From: a bacterium
GTDB taxonomy: Bacteria > JADJOY01
Direction: 5' to 3'
DNA length: 64,000 bases
Assembly: GCA_046331705.1 (NCBI GenBank)
Contig: JAXLQJ010000009.1
Location: 124,001-188,000, forward strand
Shown: positions 20,623 to 33,034 of the stretch, piece by piece
Numbering within the stretch: position 1 is the first letter of the stretch
How the letters are laid out: each line of letters begins with the position of its first letter
Notes under the pieces: model-generated
Database searches by the model: none
The model's input: the letters and a program-made list of their open reading frames with translations, nothing else
Told to the model about the DNA's origin: nothing
Translations under genes and position numbers: made by a program

Positions 20623-20953
20623 GCGCGCCAGGCACGAGCCGAACCAAGATAGCCGCCCCACCGCCCCGGCACGCCGCCGTCACGAGTCCCGTCACGGGCG
20701 ACGCTCGGCGCGCGCGCCCACGACGGCGCTGGCGCGGCCCGCGCGTCGCTCCCGGGGACCGGCGCCGGAGGCCGCGTGGCTGCTTGCCGCGCGCCGACGC
20801 GAGACGCGAAGATCGGCCGCCGCCCTTGGCCGGCAGCCTCGATCTCCCTCTCCCACCGTGCTCCCCAGACTGCGCCAACGCGCCTCCGCCTCCGCTGACC
20901 TAGCGCGAGCCGCGGCGTCCCCACGCGCTCGCGAGCGGTGGTTCGGGCTCGCC

Positions 20954-22405
20954 GTGGTGCCGCTCGTGGCCCTCGCCGCCGCGGCGCTCGCGTCCGGATG
21001 CGGCACGTCCAACGGCGCCACGATCGCGATCTCCGACGCTCGCGTCGACACCGACCCGGACTACCCGCTGGCGGTCACGCTCGGCTTCACGAGCGCCACG
21101 GCGATCTCGCCAACGGTCACCGTCATCGGACCGGATCGCGAGTGGCCGGTGCCGTCCGCCGGCATCGCGACGTCGCCCGACGGTACCGACCACCACGCCC
21201 TCGTCGTCGGGCTGCGTCCGCGAACGGAATACCGGTTCCGGATCGCCGGAAAGAACGTGATCGCCGACGAATCGCTCGGCGTCACCACCGGGCCGGTGCC
21301 CGATGGGTTTCCCAAGATCGACGTCCAGCGCACGGTGCCCGAGCGCATGGCACCCGGGCTCACGCTCATCGGCCTGAGCGGCATCGGCGGCGGCTGGCTC
21401 ATCGCTCTCGATGCCGCGGGGAGACCGGTCTGGTACTACCGACCTGCCGAGACCTTGACGTTCGCCGGCACCCGGCAACTCCCCGACGGGCGGATCGCGT
21501 TTCTCGACACACGCTGGCGAGCGCTGTACCTCGTGGACGTGCTCACGCGCTCGGAGACGCGCATCCTCCCCGAGCAGCTCGGTGTCGACACGATCCACCA
21601 CGAGCCCAATCTCGGCCCCGACGGCCATCTGTTGCTGCTCGGCTCCGAGCTGCGCTCGATCTCCGGCTTCGACGACGGCTCGACCCTCCCGATGGTCGGC
21701 GACGTGATCACCGAAGCGACGGTCGACGGTCAGGTCGTCCAGCAATGGCACATGTTCGACGTGCTGGACCCGCACCGGGTGCTGGCGGACGCGAGCATCC
21801 CGTTCTGGCAGGGGCAGTACCCGGGAATCCCCGGCCTGCGCGACTGGACGCACCTCAACAGCGTCGTCTACGTGCCACGCGACGAATCGTTCGTGGTGAG
21901 CTCGCTCAATCAGCACCTGATCTTCAAGATGGACCGCGCGGGCACGCTGCGCTGGGTGCTGGGCGACGATCGCGACGACACCTCGGGCGACGACCGATGG
22001 CCGTTCCTGGCGCGCGTGGGAGATGCGCGCTTCCCGCTTCGCCAGCACAGCGTGCAGGTGGGGCCGCGCGACGAGCACGTCTGGCTCTACGACAACGGCT
22101 TCGACTCGCTGGTGAGCCGAGCGACGGAGCTCGCGATCGACGAGCGCGCCGGCACCGCAGCCGTCACGTGGAGCTGGGTCGACCCCGACCACCAACCGCC
22201 GATCTTCACGCCCGTGGGCGGCGACTTCGACGTGCTCGCGAACGGCAACCGCTTGGTCTACAGCGGCCTCAACTTGGAGCTCGCCGCGGCGCTGAGCGAG
22301 CTCGACGGCACCACCGACGAGAAGGTCCTCGACGTGCGCTTCCCGAAGCACGGCGGCTTCAACGCCGTGCGCATCGCGAGCCTCTACCCGCCCGACGCCG
22401 ACTGA
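20954..22405 (+). CDS. Aryl-sulfate sulfotransferase (ASST)-family beta-propeller lipoprotein
   Basis: ALASGC lipobox, HHE, DWTHLNS, RQHS, YDNG; start uncertain. Confidence 0.75.
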   Translation: MVPLVALAAAALASGCGTSNGATIAISDARVDTDPDYPLAVTLGFTSATAISPTVTVIGPDREWPVPSAGIATSPDGTDHHALVVGLRPRTEYRFRIAGKNVIADESLGVTTGPVPDGFPKIDVQRTVPERMAPGLTLIGLSGIGGGWLIALDAAGRPVWYYRPAETLTFAGTRQLPDGRIAFLDTRWRALYLVDVLTRSETRILPEQLGVDTIHHEPNLGPDGHLLLLGSELRSISGFDDGSTLPMVGDVITEATVDGQVVQQWHMFDVLDPHRVLADASIPFWQGQYPGIPGLRDWTHLNSVVYVPRDESFVVSSLNQHLIFKMDRAGTLRWVLGDDRDDTSGDDRWPFLARVGDARFPLRQHSVQVGPRDEHVWLYDNGFDSLVSRATELAIDERAGTAAVTWSWVDPDHQPPIFTPVGGDFDVLANGNRLVYSGLNLELAAALSELDGTTDEKVLDVRFPKHGGFNAVRIASLYPPDAD

Positions 22406-24600
22406 GCGGTCGCGTACGCACGAGCGGCACGCGCCAGGTTGCGCTCCAAGCGCAGCGAATAGCCGTTACGCGCGTGCGCGGGGCCGTTGTAGATCCGACT
22501 GACTCGCTCGATGGACGCGCTGCGGTCGATGCCGTTCACCGCCAGGTAGCGCGCGACGTAACGCAGATTCACCGCGGGGTCCGCCAGCTCGCCGGGCGAG
22601 CCGCGAAACCCCATCGCCCACGCGGTCTCGTAGAGCACGTGGCCGGGGCCGTAGGAGCCCGCGAGCAAGGCGCCGAAACGACCGAAGAGCGCCTCGAAGC
22701 GCTCGCGCTCGGGCCCGCGAAGCTCGGAGCGCATGCGGGCCACCGCGTCGAGGCGTCCTTCCTCGAAGCGGAAGAAGTTGTCGATGCCGGCGCGCGACTC
22801 GTTCCACACCAGCGCGTACACCAGCTCCGGATAGTCGTAGCTCTCCTCGCGGCAGGCCGCGTCCACCAGCGCCCGCAGTCGCGCCGAGCCGATGACCCGG
22901 ATCTCTTGGGGCTCGGGGATCACCAGCAACAACCCGGGCGCCAAGTGCTCGTCGCGAAAACCACTGAACGCCAGCGGATAGTCGTAGCGCCCGGGCAAGC
23001 GAGTGCGCAGCTTTCGTCGCACCGCATCGAGCCCGCCGTCGCTGCCGGCATCGTCGGGTTCGACCTCGTAGTAGACGAGTGAACCGTCGCGGTAGAACGT
23101 CAGGCCGCCCTCCTGGTAGCGCTCGAGCCGCCAGCTGGCCGCACCCGGTGCGGGCATCGCTGCGCGCGCTCCGCGCGGCAGGGTCTGCGCCGCGCCGCCC
23201 GCCCGATCGAGGCCGCTCCACAGCGCTTCGATGTCGGACTCCGTGATGCGGATCTCGAATTGCTTGCCGCCGATGCGCACGGTCTCGGCTTCCCAGCTGG
23301 TGCCGATCCCCGCCAGGTCGCGCACCGTGCGTTCGAAGAGCCGCTGCTCGTCGACCGCGCCGCCTCCCGCGGCGAGCGCCCGCGCGCGATTCATCCGGTA
23401 GACGTCGACGAAGAGCTCCTCGTTCTCGCCGCGCCACAGATCCGGCAAGAACGTGCCGAAGTTGAACGACTCGTCTTGGCGGGCGCGCTCGAGGAAGCGA
23501 CGCGGGATCGGCCCGCTGTCGTAGGCCACGCCGAGCGCGCCAGGGAAGAGGTACGTGAGCCGCACCGGGTCCTCACCCACCTCGACGCGGATCATGGGGC
23601 GGTGGAATTGCTGGCGCGTCACGGTGAGCACCGGCCCGTCGGGAAAGCGCACGGAGGCGAGGCTGGCGAGGAACTCCTCCTCGCCGGCCACGCGCAGGAT
23701 CTCGAGCAAGCGATCGACGCGCTCGGTTGGCGACTTGTCGGCGCGCACCAGCGAGATCTGCTGGTAGAGGCGTGCCAGGTCCTCGTCGGGGTTCGAGAAG
23801 AACCAGCGGTCGTCGACGGCGAAGCGCGCCAGCAGCGCCTCGAGCGCCGCTTCCTGCTCGTCGAGATCCTGAGGGGTCTGGAACGAGTACGCGGTCCACT
23901 CGGGCTGGTGGGCCGGGAAACAGCGGTAGACCCCCAGCCGCTTTCCATCGCGTCCGGGAAACGCCAGGCGCGCGAGCACGAGGTCCTGGAAATTCTCGAA
24001 CGCGGCGCCGACCTCGAGACGGACACCGCCGAAGCCGGCGACGGGTAGGTCGCGGGTCTTGAACACCGGCTCCGCGCCTCCCCCGCCCCACACCGCGGCG
24101 CGCACGCTGGACCCGCTCGGCTGCTCGATCTCGGTCAGCACGCGCACGAATCCGCGCTCGCGAGCGACGTCGAAGCTCGCGTGCAGCCGGTTGCCATCGC
24201 CCAGATCGAGGCCGGCCTCGTACCAATCGATCGAGCCATCACCCAGCACGCCGGCCCAGCGCTCGTCGGCGAGGGCGCCGCGCAGCGCGCGATCGAAGCT
24301 CGCCAGGATGGCCTCGCTGGTGAGCGGCGTGCCGGCGCGAACGGCCTCGGCGAGCAACGCGTGCGTGTCCTCGGCAAGCTTCACCTGCGCGGGGCTCGCT
24401 TCGCCCCACCCGAACGAGAGGCGCACCCGTTCGAGATCCGGCGCGCCGCGTCCGGCGATCTGGCCCGGCTGGAACACACAGCCGCTGGCGCCGAGCAGGC
24501 TCGCTGCCATCGCACCCGCCAACGCCGCCGATCGCCAACCGTCGCTGGCGTCCGGGCGCGAGCGCCGGCGCCGCCATCCGAGCGAGAGCTGCGAGCGCAT
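22384..24600 (-). CDS. Large putative lipoprotein with C-terminal lytic transglycosylase (SLT)-like domain
   Basis: LLGASGC lipobox; C-terminal ALVWNES, SYGPGHV..TA, DPAVNL..ARYL, IYNG; start may be 24510. Confidence 0.6.
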   Translation of the reverse strand: MRSQLSLGWRRRRSRPDASDGWRSAALAGAMAASLLGASGCVFQPGQIAGRGAPDLERVRLSFGWGEASPAQVKLAEDTHALLAEAVRAGTPLTSEAILASFDRALRGALADERWAGVLGDGSIDWYEAGLDLGDGNRLHASFDVARERGFVRVLTEIEQPSGSSVRAAVWGGGGAEPVFKTRDLPVAGFGGVRLEVGAAFENFQDLVLARLAFPGRDGKRLGVYRCFPAHQPEWTAYSFQTPQDLDEQEAALEALLARFAVDDRWFFSNPDEDLARLYQQISLVRADKSPTERVDRLLEILRVAGEEEFLASLASVRFPDGPVLTVTRQQFHRPMIRVEVGEDPVRLTYLFPGALGVAYDSGPIPRRFLERARQDESFNFGTFLPDLWRGENEELFVDVYRMNRARALAAGGGAVDEQRLFERTVRDLAGIGTSWEAETVRIGGKQFEIRITESDIEALWSGLDRAGGAAQTLPRGARAAMPAPGAASWRLERYQEGGLTFYRDGSLVYYEVEPDDAGSDGGLDAVRRKLRTRLPGRYDYPLAFSGFRDEHLAPGLLLVIPEPQEIRVIGSARLRALVDAACREESYDYPELVYALVWNESRAGIDNFFRFEEGRLDAVARMRSELRGPERERFEALFGRFGALLAGSYGPGHVLYETAWAMGFRGSPGELADPAVNLRYVARYLAVNGIDRSASIERVSRIYNGPAHARNGYSLRLERNLARAARAYATAQSASGG

Positions 24601-24707
24601 GCCGCTACCGTAGCGCGCCCGCGCGTCGAAGCGAGAATCTCGCCGAGGGTCCGTCCCCTCGGCGAGATTCGTTGTCACGAGAGCGCCCCTGGGGGCGGGG
24701 CGGCCGC

Positions 24708-26267
24708 TCAGCGCCGGCGGCGCATGCGCCGGAGCAGCGGGATCGGCGCGCCGACGTAGGCGAGGCCGGCGACCGACCCGCAACCGGTCGGGGGCGGCGG
24801 CGGCGTGGTGCCGTTCTCGTCGTCGGCGAGGGTCGCGCAATCGGCGTCGGCCAGATCCACGCCACCGTCGCCGTCGTTGTCGAGGCCGTCGTCGCAGCTC
24901 GCTCCGACCGCGTGCTCCGAGGTATCGCCGCCGCTCGCGCAGCCGGGATCGTCGGCGTCGGTCAGGCCGTCACCATCGTTGTCGACGCCGTCGCTGCACT
25001 GGCCGGGCGAAGCGGCGAGCGTCGGGCGATCGAACGGAAAGGTCCCCGCCGCGACGCGCGGATCGGTGAGGCCATTGCGCAGGAAGTCGACCACCGCGGG
25101 AACCTGGTTGGGGGGGATCTGGATCTGTTGGACCAGCGGGTCCTGGTTGTCCGGGAACTGCACCTGGCCATTGGCGCGCAAGTAGAAGTCGAGCACCTGC
25201 TCCAGGCTGCGCAGCTGGCCGTTGTGCATGAACTCGGTCTTGAGACCCACGTTGCGAAGCGTCGGCACCTTGAAGCGGCCACGATCGGCGGGGTTGCCGG
25301 TGACGGCTTGGCGCCCGAGATCCTCGCCCGCCGGCCGCAAGCCGATGTTGCGGAAGCTGTCGTCGGAGAAGATTCCCGGTCGATGGCAGGTGTCGCAGGT
25401 CGTGGCCTGGAAGGCGTTGAATCCTGCCTGTTGCTGCGGTGTCAGGGCGTTCCTGTCGCCGGCCGCGAAGGCGTCGAACGGCGTCTGGTTGGGGACCAGC
25501 GTGCGCTCGTAGGTCGCGATGGCGAACGCGATGCGTTGCGAGGTGATCGCCGCGTCGCCGAACGCTTGGGTGAAGAGCGATGCGTAGGTCGGGTGCGACG
25601 CCAGCGCCGTGGACACGTCGGCGGGCAGATTGCGGGCGAGCGCCAGCGGTTTCGCGTCGGCGAGCTTGCTGGTGATCTCCGCCCAATCGCGATCCTCGTG
25701 CGCCATCTCCACGTCGTTGAGCGGCGGCGCCACCGACTGCGCTTCCAGCGCGCCGCCTTGGGCGATCGCCGTGGCGCCGGTCTGCGGATCGACGAACGCC
25801 GGCCCCGCGCGGCCGTCCCAGAAGAGCTGCCGCGACCATTGGCTGCCGATGACGGAAGGCGCTTCGCGGGTACCCACCTGCGGATCGAGCCCGAAGATCG
25901 GGTCCGCGAAGTAGACGTTGCCGCTGTCCGCTCGGATCACACCCAGCGAGCCTTGGACGTCGTCCGGCGTGCCACGGACTCCATCCGCTCCCGGATGAGT
26001 CGCGAGGCGCGGATCGCTGCCGGCGAACGTCGGCTGATGGCAGGTGCCGCACGCGACCGTGTCGTCGCTCGAGAGCTGCTCGTCCCAGAACAGGATCTTG
26101 CCCAGCACGCGCTTGGCCTCGGTGATCGGGTTCTCCGCCGGCACGGGCACCGGCGGCAACCCGCCCGGCGGCGGCGGTGGCGGGGGTACTTGCGCCAGCG
26201 CGGCGCTCGCCAGGATCCAGCCCACACACGCCAGCGCTGCCACCCACGTTCCTCGAATCGTTCGCAT
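24708..26267 (-). CDS. Diheme peroxidase (MauG/MbnH-like) with acidic Cys repeats and C-terminal sorting tail
   Basis: Signal peptide, LGKILFWDEQLS, CGTCH, FWDGRA, CDTCH, FKVPTLRN, FMHNG; two C.DG.DNDGDG..D repeats; GCG-hydrophobic-RRMRRRR. Confidence 0.88.
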   Translation of the reverse strand: MRTIRGTWVAALACVGWILASAALAQVPPPPPPPGGLPPVPVPAENPITEAKRVLGKILFWDEQLSSDDTVACGTCHQPTFAGSDPRLATHPGADGVRGTPDDVQGSLGVIRADSGNVYFADPIFGLDPQVGTREAPSVIGSQWSRQLFWDGRAGPAFVDPQTGATAIAQGGALEAQSVAPPLNDVEMAHEDRDWAEITSKLADAKPLALARNLPADVSTALASHPTYASLFTQAFGDAAITSQRIAFAIATYERTLVPNQTPFDAFAAGDRNALTPQQQAGFNAFQATTCDTCHRPGIFSDDSFRNIGLRPAGEDLGRQAVTGNPADRGRFKVPTLRNVGLKTEFMHNGQLRSLEQVLDFYLRANGQVQFPDNQDPLVQQIQIPPNQVPAVVDFLRNGLTDPRVAAGTFPFDRPTLAASPGQCSDGVDNDGDGLTDADDPGCASGGDTSEHAVGASCDDGLDNDGDGGVDLADADCATLADDENGTTPPPPPTGCGSVAGLAYVGAPIPLLRRMRRRR

Positions 26268-26311
26268 CGCTTCACCCCTCCCTCGTGCTGCGGGTTCGAC
26301 GGCCGCGCCAA

Positions 26312-26328
26312 CGCAACGCGCGTGCCGG
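26312..26328 (-). promoter_or_regulatory. Sigma54 -24/-12 promoter of the second peroxidase
   Basis: Minus strand cGGCACGCGCGTTGCg versus consensus TGGCACG-N4-TTGCW, ~45 nt above ATG 26267. Confidence 0.7.
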
Positions 26329-26436
26329 CCGCCGCGTCGCTCGGCGCCAAGCACGATCACGAGGCAATTCGCGGTGATCCGAGCGCGCCGCGCGTCGACG
26401 ACGCCGCGAGTGGCGAACGGCGAGCGTGCGGCGTGC

Positions 26437-26471
26437 TGCGGATCTCGCAGCTCACCCATGCGACTTCCGCA
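26437..26471. promoter_or_regulatory. Paired palindromic enhancer (UAS) candidates, TGCG-N5-CGCA
   Basis: TGCGGATCTCGCA (26437-26449) and TGCGACTTCCGCA (26459-26471), 22 bp apart, ~110-145 bp upstream of the -24 box. Confidence 0.6.
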
Positions 26472-26658
26472 CCTCCGGCGCCCGCGCCGCGGGATCGCTG
26501 GCGCGCCCCACTCGCAGCAGCCGTCCATTTCCCTCGCCCTTTCGCGCACGATCGGTCGCGCTGCGAATGCCCGCGCCTTGGCGTGGCGGTTGCTCATGCT
26601 CACCGCAACAGGGCGTCCCGACGCATCGCACGACGCATCCACAGCGAGGAGAATGGCT

Positions 26659-27204
26659 ATGCACACCGCTCGGCTTCGATCCCGCTCGCGAACCCGCAAG
26701 CACCTGTCGATGGCATTGGCGGCGCTGGCCGCGACGACGATCCCGGCGCGTGCGGCACCCCCCTTCCCGCCGCCGCCGCTCGAGGACCGGATCGAAGCCC
26801 TCGAGCTCGACGAATCCACCCGCGGACGCGTCTACGCCGTGCTCGACGAAACCGAAGGCAAACGCCGTGCGACGCGCCGGGCGATCGAGAGCGCGCGACG
26901 CCACCTGCGGGAGCAGCTCGCCGACTCCAAGAGCACCGACGACGCGATCCGCGCAGACGCAGCGAAGCTCGACCAGCTCGAGCGCACGGCCGAGCAGCAA
27001 CGGATCGACGTCTTGCTGGCGATCCGCGCGCTGCTGCCCGAGCGGCTGCGTGGAGCCCTCGCGCCCCCGCCGCCGGAGCGCGACCGCGCCGGCCGGCCCC
27101 GCGCCGAACGATCCGCGCGTTGCGACGGCGACCCCGGCCCGCGGCGCGGCCCGGAGCCCGACCCGCGAGATTCCCGCGACGACGAGTCGGCACACGGCGA
27201 TTGA
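26659..27204 (+). CDS. Spy/CpxP/ZraP-like periplasmic helical protein
   Basis: AGGAG before ATG, signal peptide ending ARA, helical core, LLPERLR (LTPEQ-like); upstream of a sensor/activator pair. Confidence 0.65.
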   Translation: MHTARLRSRSRTRKHLSMALAALAATTIPARAAPPFPPPPLEDRIEALELDESTRGRVYAVLDETEGKRRATRRAIESARRHLREQLADSKSTDDAIRADAAKLDQLERTAEQQRIDVLLAIRALLPERLRGALAPPPPERDRAGRPRAERSARCDGDPGPRRGPEPDPRDSRDDESAHGD

Positions 27205-27444
27205 ACGCGCGCCGGCGCCCCGCGCCCAACGCCTCGCTCCGCGTCTTTCGGGGGTCTCGACGGACCCACGCCCCGGCGAAGGCGCGGCTTCTCCGGGGCC
27301 CCACCGCCGAGCCGTCTCGCGATCGCTCGCCGACGCGCCGCTGGCGCGGCCCCCTGACCACCGGCGATACACGGGAATCCGGAATGCGCTCACCGGTTTC
27401 AGGGCTAGACTCGGCCCCATCCCGTCGGCCCGAGCCGTGACCGC

Positions 27445-28764
<1,320 letters not shown>

Positions 28765-28773
28765 GGCTCGGCG

Positions 28774-30135
<1,362 letters not shown>

Positions 30136-30220
30136 CCGCGCCGCGCGTCCGGCCAACGCGAATGGGAGCGCGTTCGCGATCCCGACACGCTCGGCCGGCG
30201 CGCAGCACGTCACGCCCGGA

Positions 30221-33034
30221 TCAGAGGAGCTTCTCCAGGTAGCCGTCGGTGTTGCTGCGGATGCGTCGCGCGCGCGCACCCGGGTCCTCGACCTCGAGCT
30301 TCTCGTCGGGAACCACGCGGAAGAGCGGCTGGCCCTTTCGCACCACGACGCTGCTCTCGTGAACGAAGAGATCGACGACGCGTCCCGCGAACGGCGCGTA
30401 GACCTTGTTGAACATCTTCATCACTTCGATGATGTAGAGGGGCTGGCCCTTCTCGAAGTGCGTGCCCGGCTCGACGAAGGGCGGCAGGTGCGGCGCTTCG
30501 CGATTCCAGTAGGTACCGCCCATGGCGGCCACGATCTCGTCGGACTTCTGCTCCGGCGGCGGCGCCAGGACTTTGCGCATCGCCTCCTGGTGGACGGTGT
30601 CGAGCAAGCGCGCGGGGATCTCCACGTCCAGATCGTCGCGCAGACGCAGGTCGAAGAAGCCGACCTTGGCGCCGAGCAGCGGCATCACGCCCAGCATCTC
30701 GAGGCCGAGCTGGTGGCCGAGATGCGCCGCCTGGACGCGCGCCCACGCGTCCGGCGCGAACCCGAACGCGGGTGAATCCCCGCGCAGCGCTGTATCGAGC
30801 TTGGGCCACGACAGGTTCGCCGGCACGCGCGCGGCCAGTCGTTCGTAGAAGGCGAGCCCCACCTCGAGCATCTCCCGATCGTGGTCCCAGATCCGCTCGG
30901 CGGCGGCGGCGTCCGGATCGTCGAGGTGCACCAGGCGGATGGTGTCGGCGAGCACTTGCAGCGGGTTGCGCAACCACACCAGGTGTTGGTCGGTGACGCG
31001 GTAGTCGTGCATGTGCTGGGAAAGCCAGGCCGAGAGGACGTGGGGCTCCTCGAAGAGCCGGCGCATCGGCCGCTCCACGAGGGTCTCCTTGGAATCGAAG
31101 ACCTGGGCGGTCGCGGCGCGTGCCTCCGGGCTGGCGGCGGCGACGCGGCGCTTCTCGATCTGGTGGAACGCGTAGTCGAGATCGATGGATTCCGCTTCCC
31201 GCCCCAGCTCACCCACGGCGGTGAGATACGGCACCACGAACTTGGTGGTGGGCTTCGCCCACGGATCGCGGTGCAGGAACCACGTCATGATGCCGCGATG
31301 GAACTCGAGGTTGGTGGCGAGGTCGATGCCGCGCAGCGTGGTGCGGCGCAGCACCTCGGTGAGCTTGGCCCAGCTCTCGCGCCGATTCGCGCCCGTCGCG
31401 AGCAAGAGCGCGATGTTCGAGTCGTACGCCCCGGCGAGGCGGTAGCGCATGAAGAGGCCGGTGTCGGGGTTCTTGATCGAGATGCCCTGGTCGTCGCGGA
31501 TCTCGCACTCGATGGGATCCGACCACGACACCATGACCCCGCCGGCCGCGGGCTGCAGCGCGCGATCGGTCGCGTTGAGCCGCACCTCGAGCGCCGCGCC
31601 GTCGCGCACGACGCGGCTCGGCCGCGGCAGGCGTCCCTTGTGCCGGGCGACGAGCGCCATCGCCTCGACCAGCGAGTGGACGTCGAAGTGCTCGCGCGGA
31701 TCGTCCGGGTTCACGAAGCGCAACGCGTAGCAGAGCTCGGAAACCCGATGCTCGACCTGGATGCGCGTGTTCACCTCCATGAAGTAGTGGCGATCGCCTT
31801 CGACGATGCACTCGAACGTCGAGGCGCTGTCGAGCTTGACGGCGCGCCCGAAGCGCTCGGCCTCCGCCTCCATGCGCGCCAGCACGGCGAGATCGCGAGT
31901 GAGCACCGCGGCGTGCTCGGCGCGACCGGCTGCGCGCGCATCCTCCACCGCGGCCTCGAGCGCCTCTTGCGTGATCGAGACCTCGACGAGCTTCTGCTCG
32001 TGCATCTGCAGCGAGCAGTCGCGCCCGCCCAACGTGACGCACCAGTCGCCGTTGCCGAGCATCTGGATCTCGTTGTGGCGCGTGGACTCGACGTTGAGCT
32101 CGATGAGCATGTTCTTGTTGTCGCCGACGCCCGTCGCCTTCACCTCTTGCAGGATCTCGCGCACCAGCGACGGCACCCCACCCGCCTCGGAGAAGATGCG
32201 TTGCCCCTTGCCGCCGCCGCCGCCGATGGCCTTGAGGCGGAAACGTCGTCCCGGGTTCTCCGTCAGCAGGCGGCGCGCCTCGAGCTGGATGGTGTCGGCG
32301 AGCTCGTCGATCGAGAAGAGATCGACTCGCGCGTGATAGGACGCCTCGAGCACCTGCTCGGCCAGCGCCTCGAGCGCGACTCCCGGCTTGGCGACGAGCT
32401 CGCCCTCGAGGTGATGCTCCGCCGCGCAACGCGCCAGTGCCCGCGCGTCGGGATATTTCCGCAGCAACGTTCGCACGGTCGCGTCGTTGATGCCGGGCGT
32501 GACCGAGACGTCGTTGCCGATCGCGGTTCGCTTCGCCTCGTCCTTGGCGCCCGCCGCGCCCTGCGTGTACGAGCACGGGCCGATGAAGCCGAGCCCCGCT
32601 TCCTCGAGCGAGCGCACGAAGTGCGCGTCCTCGGCCATGAAGCCGTAACCCGCGAAGACGAACTGATAGCCATGCTCCTTGCAGATCGCGACGATCTGCG
32701 CGATCCGCTGATCGCGCTCTTCCCTGGTCGCGCCCGTGTAATCCGGGACCGCGTGGACGTGCTCGGGGGGCATCATCCGCAGCTCGGGCGCGAGCGCCCG
32801 CGGGAACACGATGCTGTCGCGCTCCGAGAGCAGCATGCCCACGCGGGCCATGCCCATCTCGCGGAACACCTCGATCGCTTCCTTGCGGATCGGGCCGCGG
32901 CAGACGATGAGCACGCTCATGTCCTCGCAGGTGAACGAGCGGACCCACTCGCTCGACGCCTGCGCGAGCCGGCGCTCGCGATGAACCAACGGATTCGCGG
33001 TGTACGGATGGGTGACAGCGGCGTCGGGGGTCAT
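30221..33034 (-). CDS. Biotin carboxylase-BCCP fusion subunit of an acyl-CoA carboxylase
   Basis: GYGFMAE, KAIGGGGGKGQR, RDCSLQ..QKL, FMEVNTRIQVEH, YDS, biotinylation motif EVMKM; ATG overlaps the upstream TGA. Confidence 0.9.
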   Translation of the reverse strand: MTPDAAVTHPYTANPLVHRERRLAQASSEWVRSFTCEDMSVLIVCRGPIRKEAIEVFREMGMARVGMLLSERDSIVFPRALAPELRMMPPEHVHAVPDYTGATREERDQRIAQIVAICKEHGYQFVFAGYGFMAEDAHFVRSLEEAGLGFIGPCSYTQGAAGAKDEAKRTAIGNDVSVTPGINDATVRTLLRKYPDARALARCAAEHHLEGELVAKPGVALEALAEQVLEASYHARVDLFSIDELADTIQLEARRLLTENPGRRFRLKAIGGGGGKGQRIFSEAGGVPSLVREILQEVKATGVGDNKNMLIELNVESTRHNEIQMLGNGDWCVTLGGRDCSLQMHEQKLVEVSITQEALEAAVEDARAAGRAEHAAVLTRDLAVLARMEAEAERFGRAVKLDSASTFECIVEGDRHYFMEVNTRIQVEHRVSELCYALRFVNPDDPREHFDVHSLVEAMALVARHKGRLPRPSRVVRDGAALEVRLNATDRALQPAAGGVMVSWSDPIECEIRDDQGISIKNPDTGLFMRYRLAGAYDSNIALLLATGANRRESWAKLTEVLRRTTLRGIDLATNLEFHRGIMTWFLHRDPWAKPTTKFVVPYLTAVGELGREAESIDLDYAFHQIEKRRVAAASPEARAATAQVFDSKETLVERPMRRLFEEPHVLSAWLSQHMHDYRVTDQHLVWLRNPLQVLADTIRLVHLDDPDAAAAERIWDHDREMLEVGLAFYERLAARVPANLSWPKLDTALRGDSPAFGFAPDAWARVQAAHLGHQLGLEMLGVMPLLGAKVGFFDLRLRDDLDVEIPARLLDTVHQEAMRKVLAPPPEQKSDEIVAAMGGTYWNREAPHLPPFVEPGTHFEKGQPLYIIEVMKMFNKVYAPFAGRVVDLFVHESSVVVRKGQPLFRVVPDEKLEVEDPGARARRIRSNTDGYLEKLL

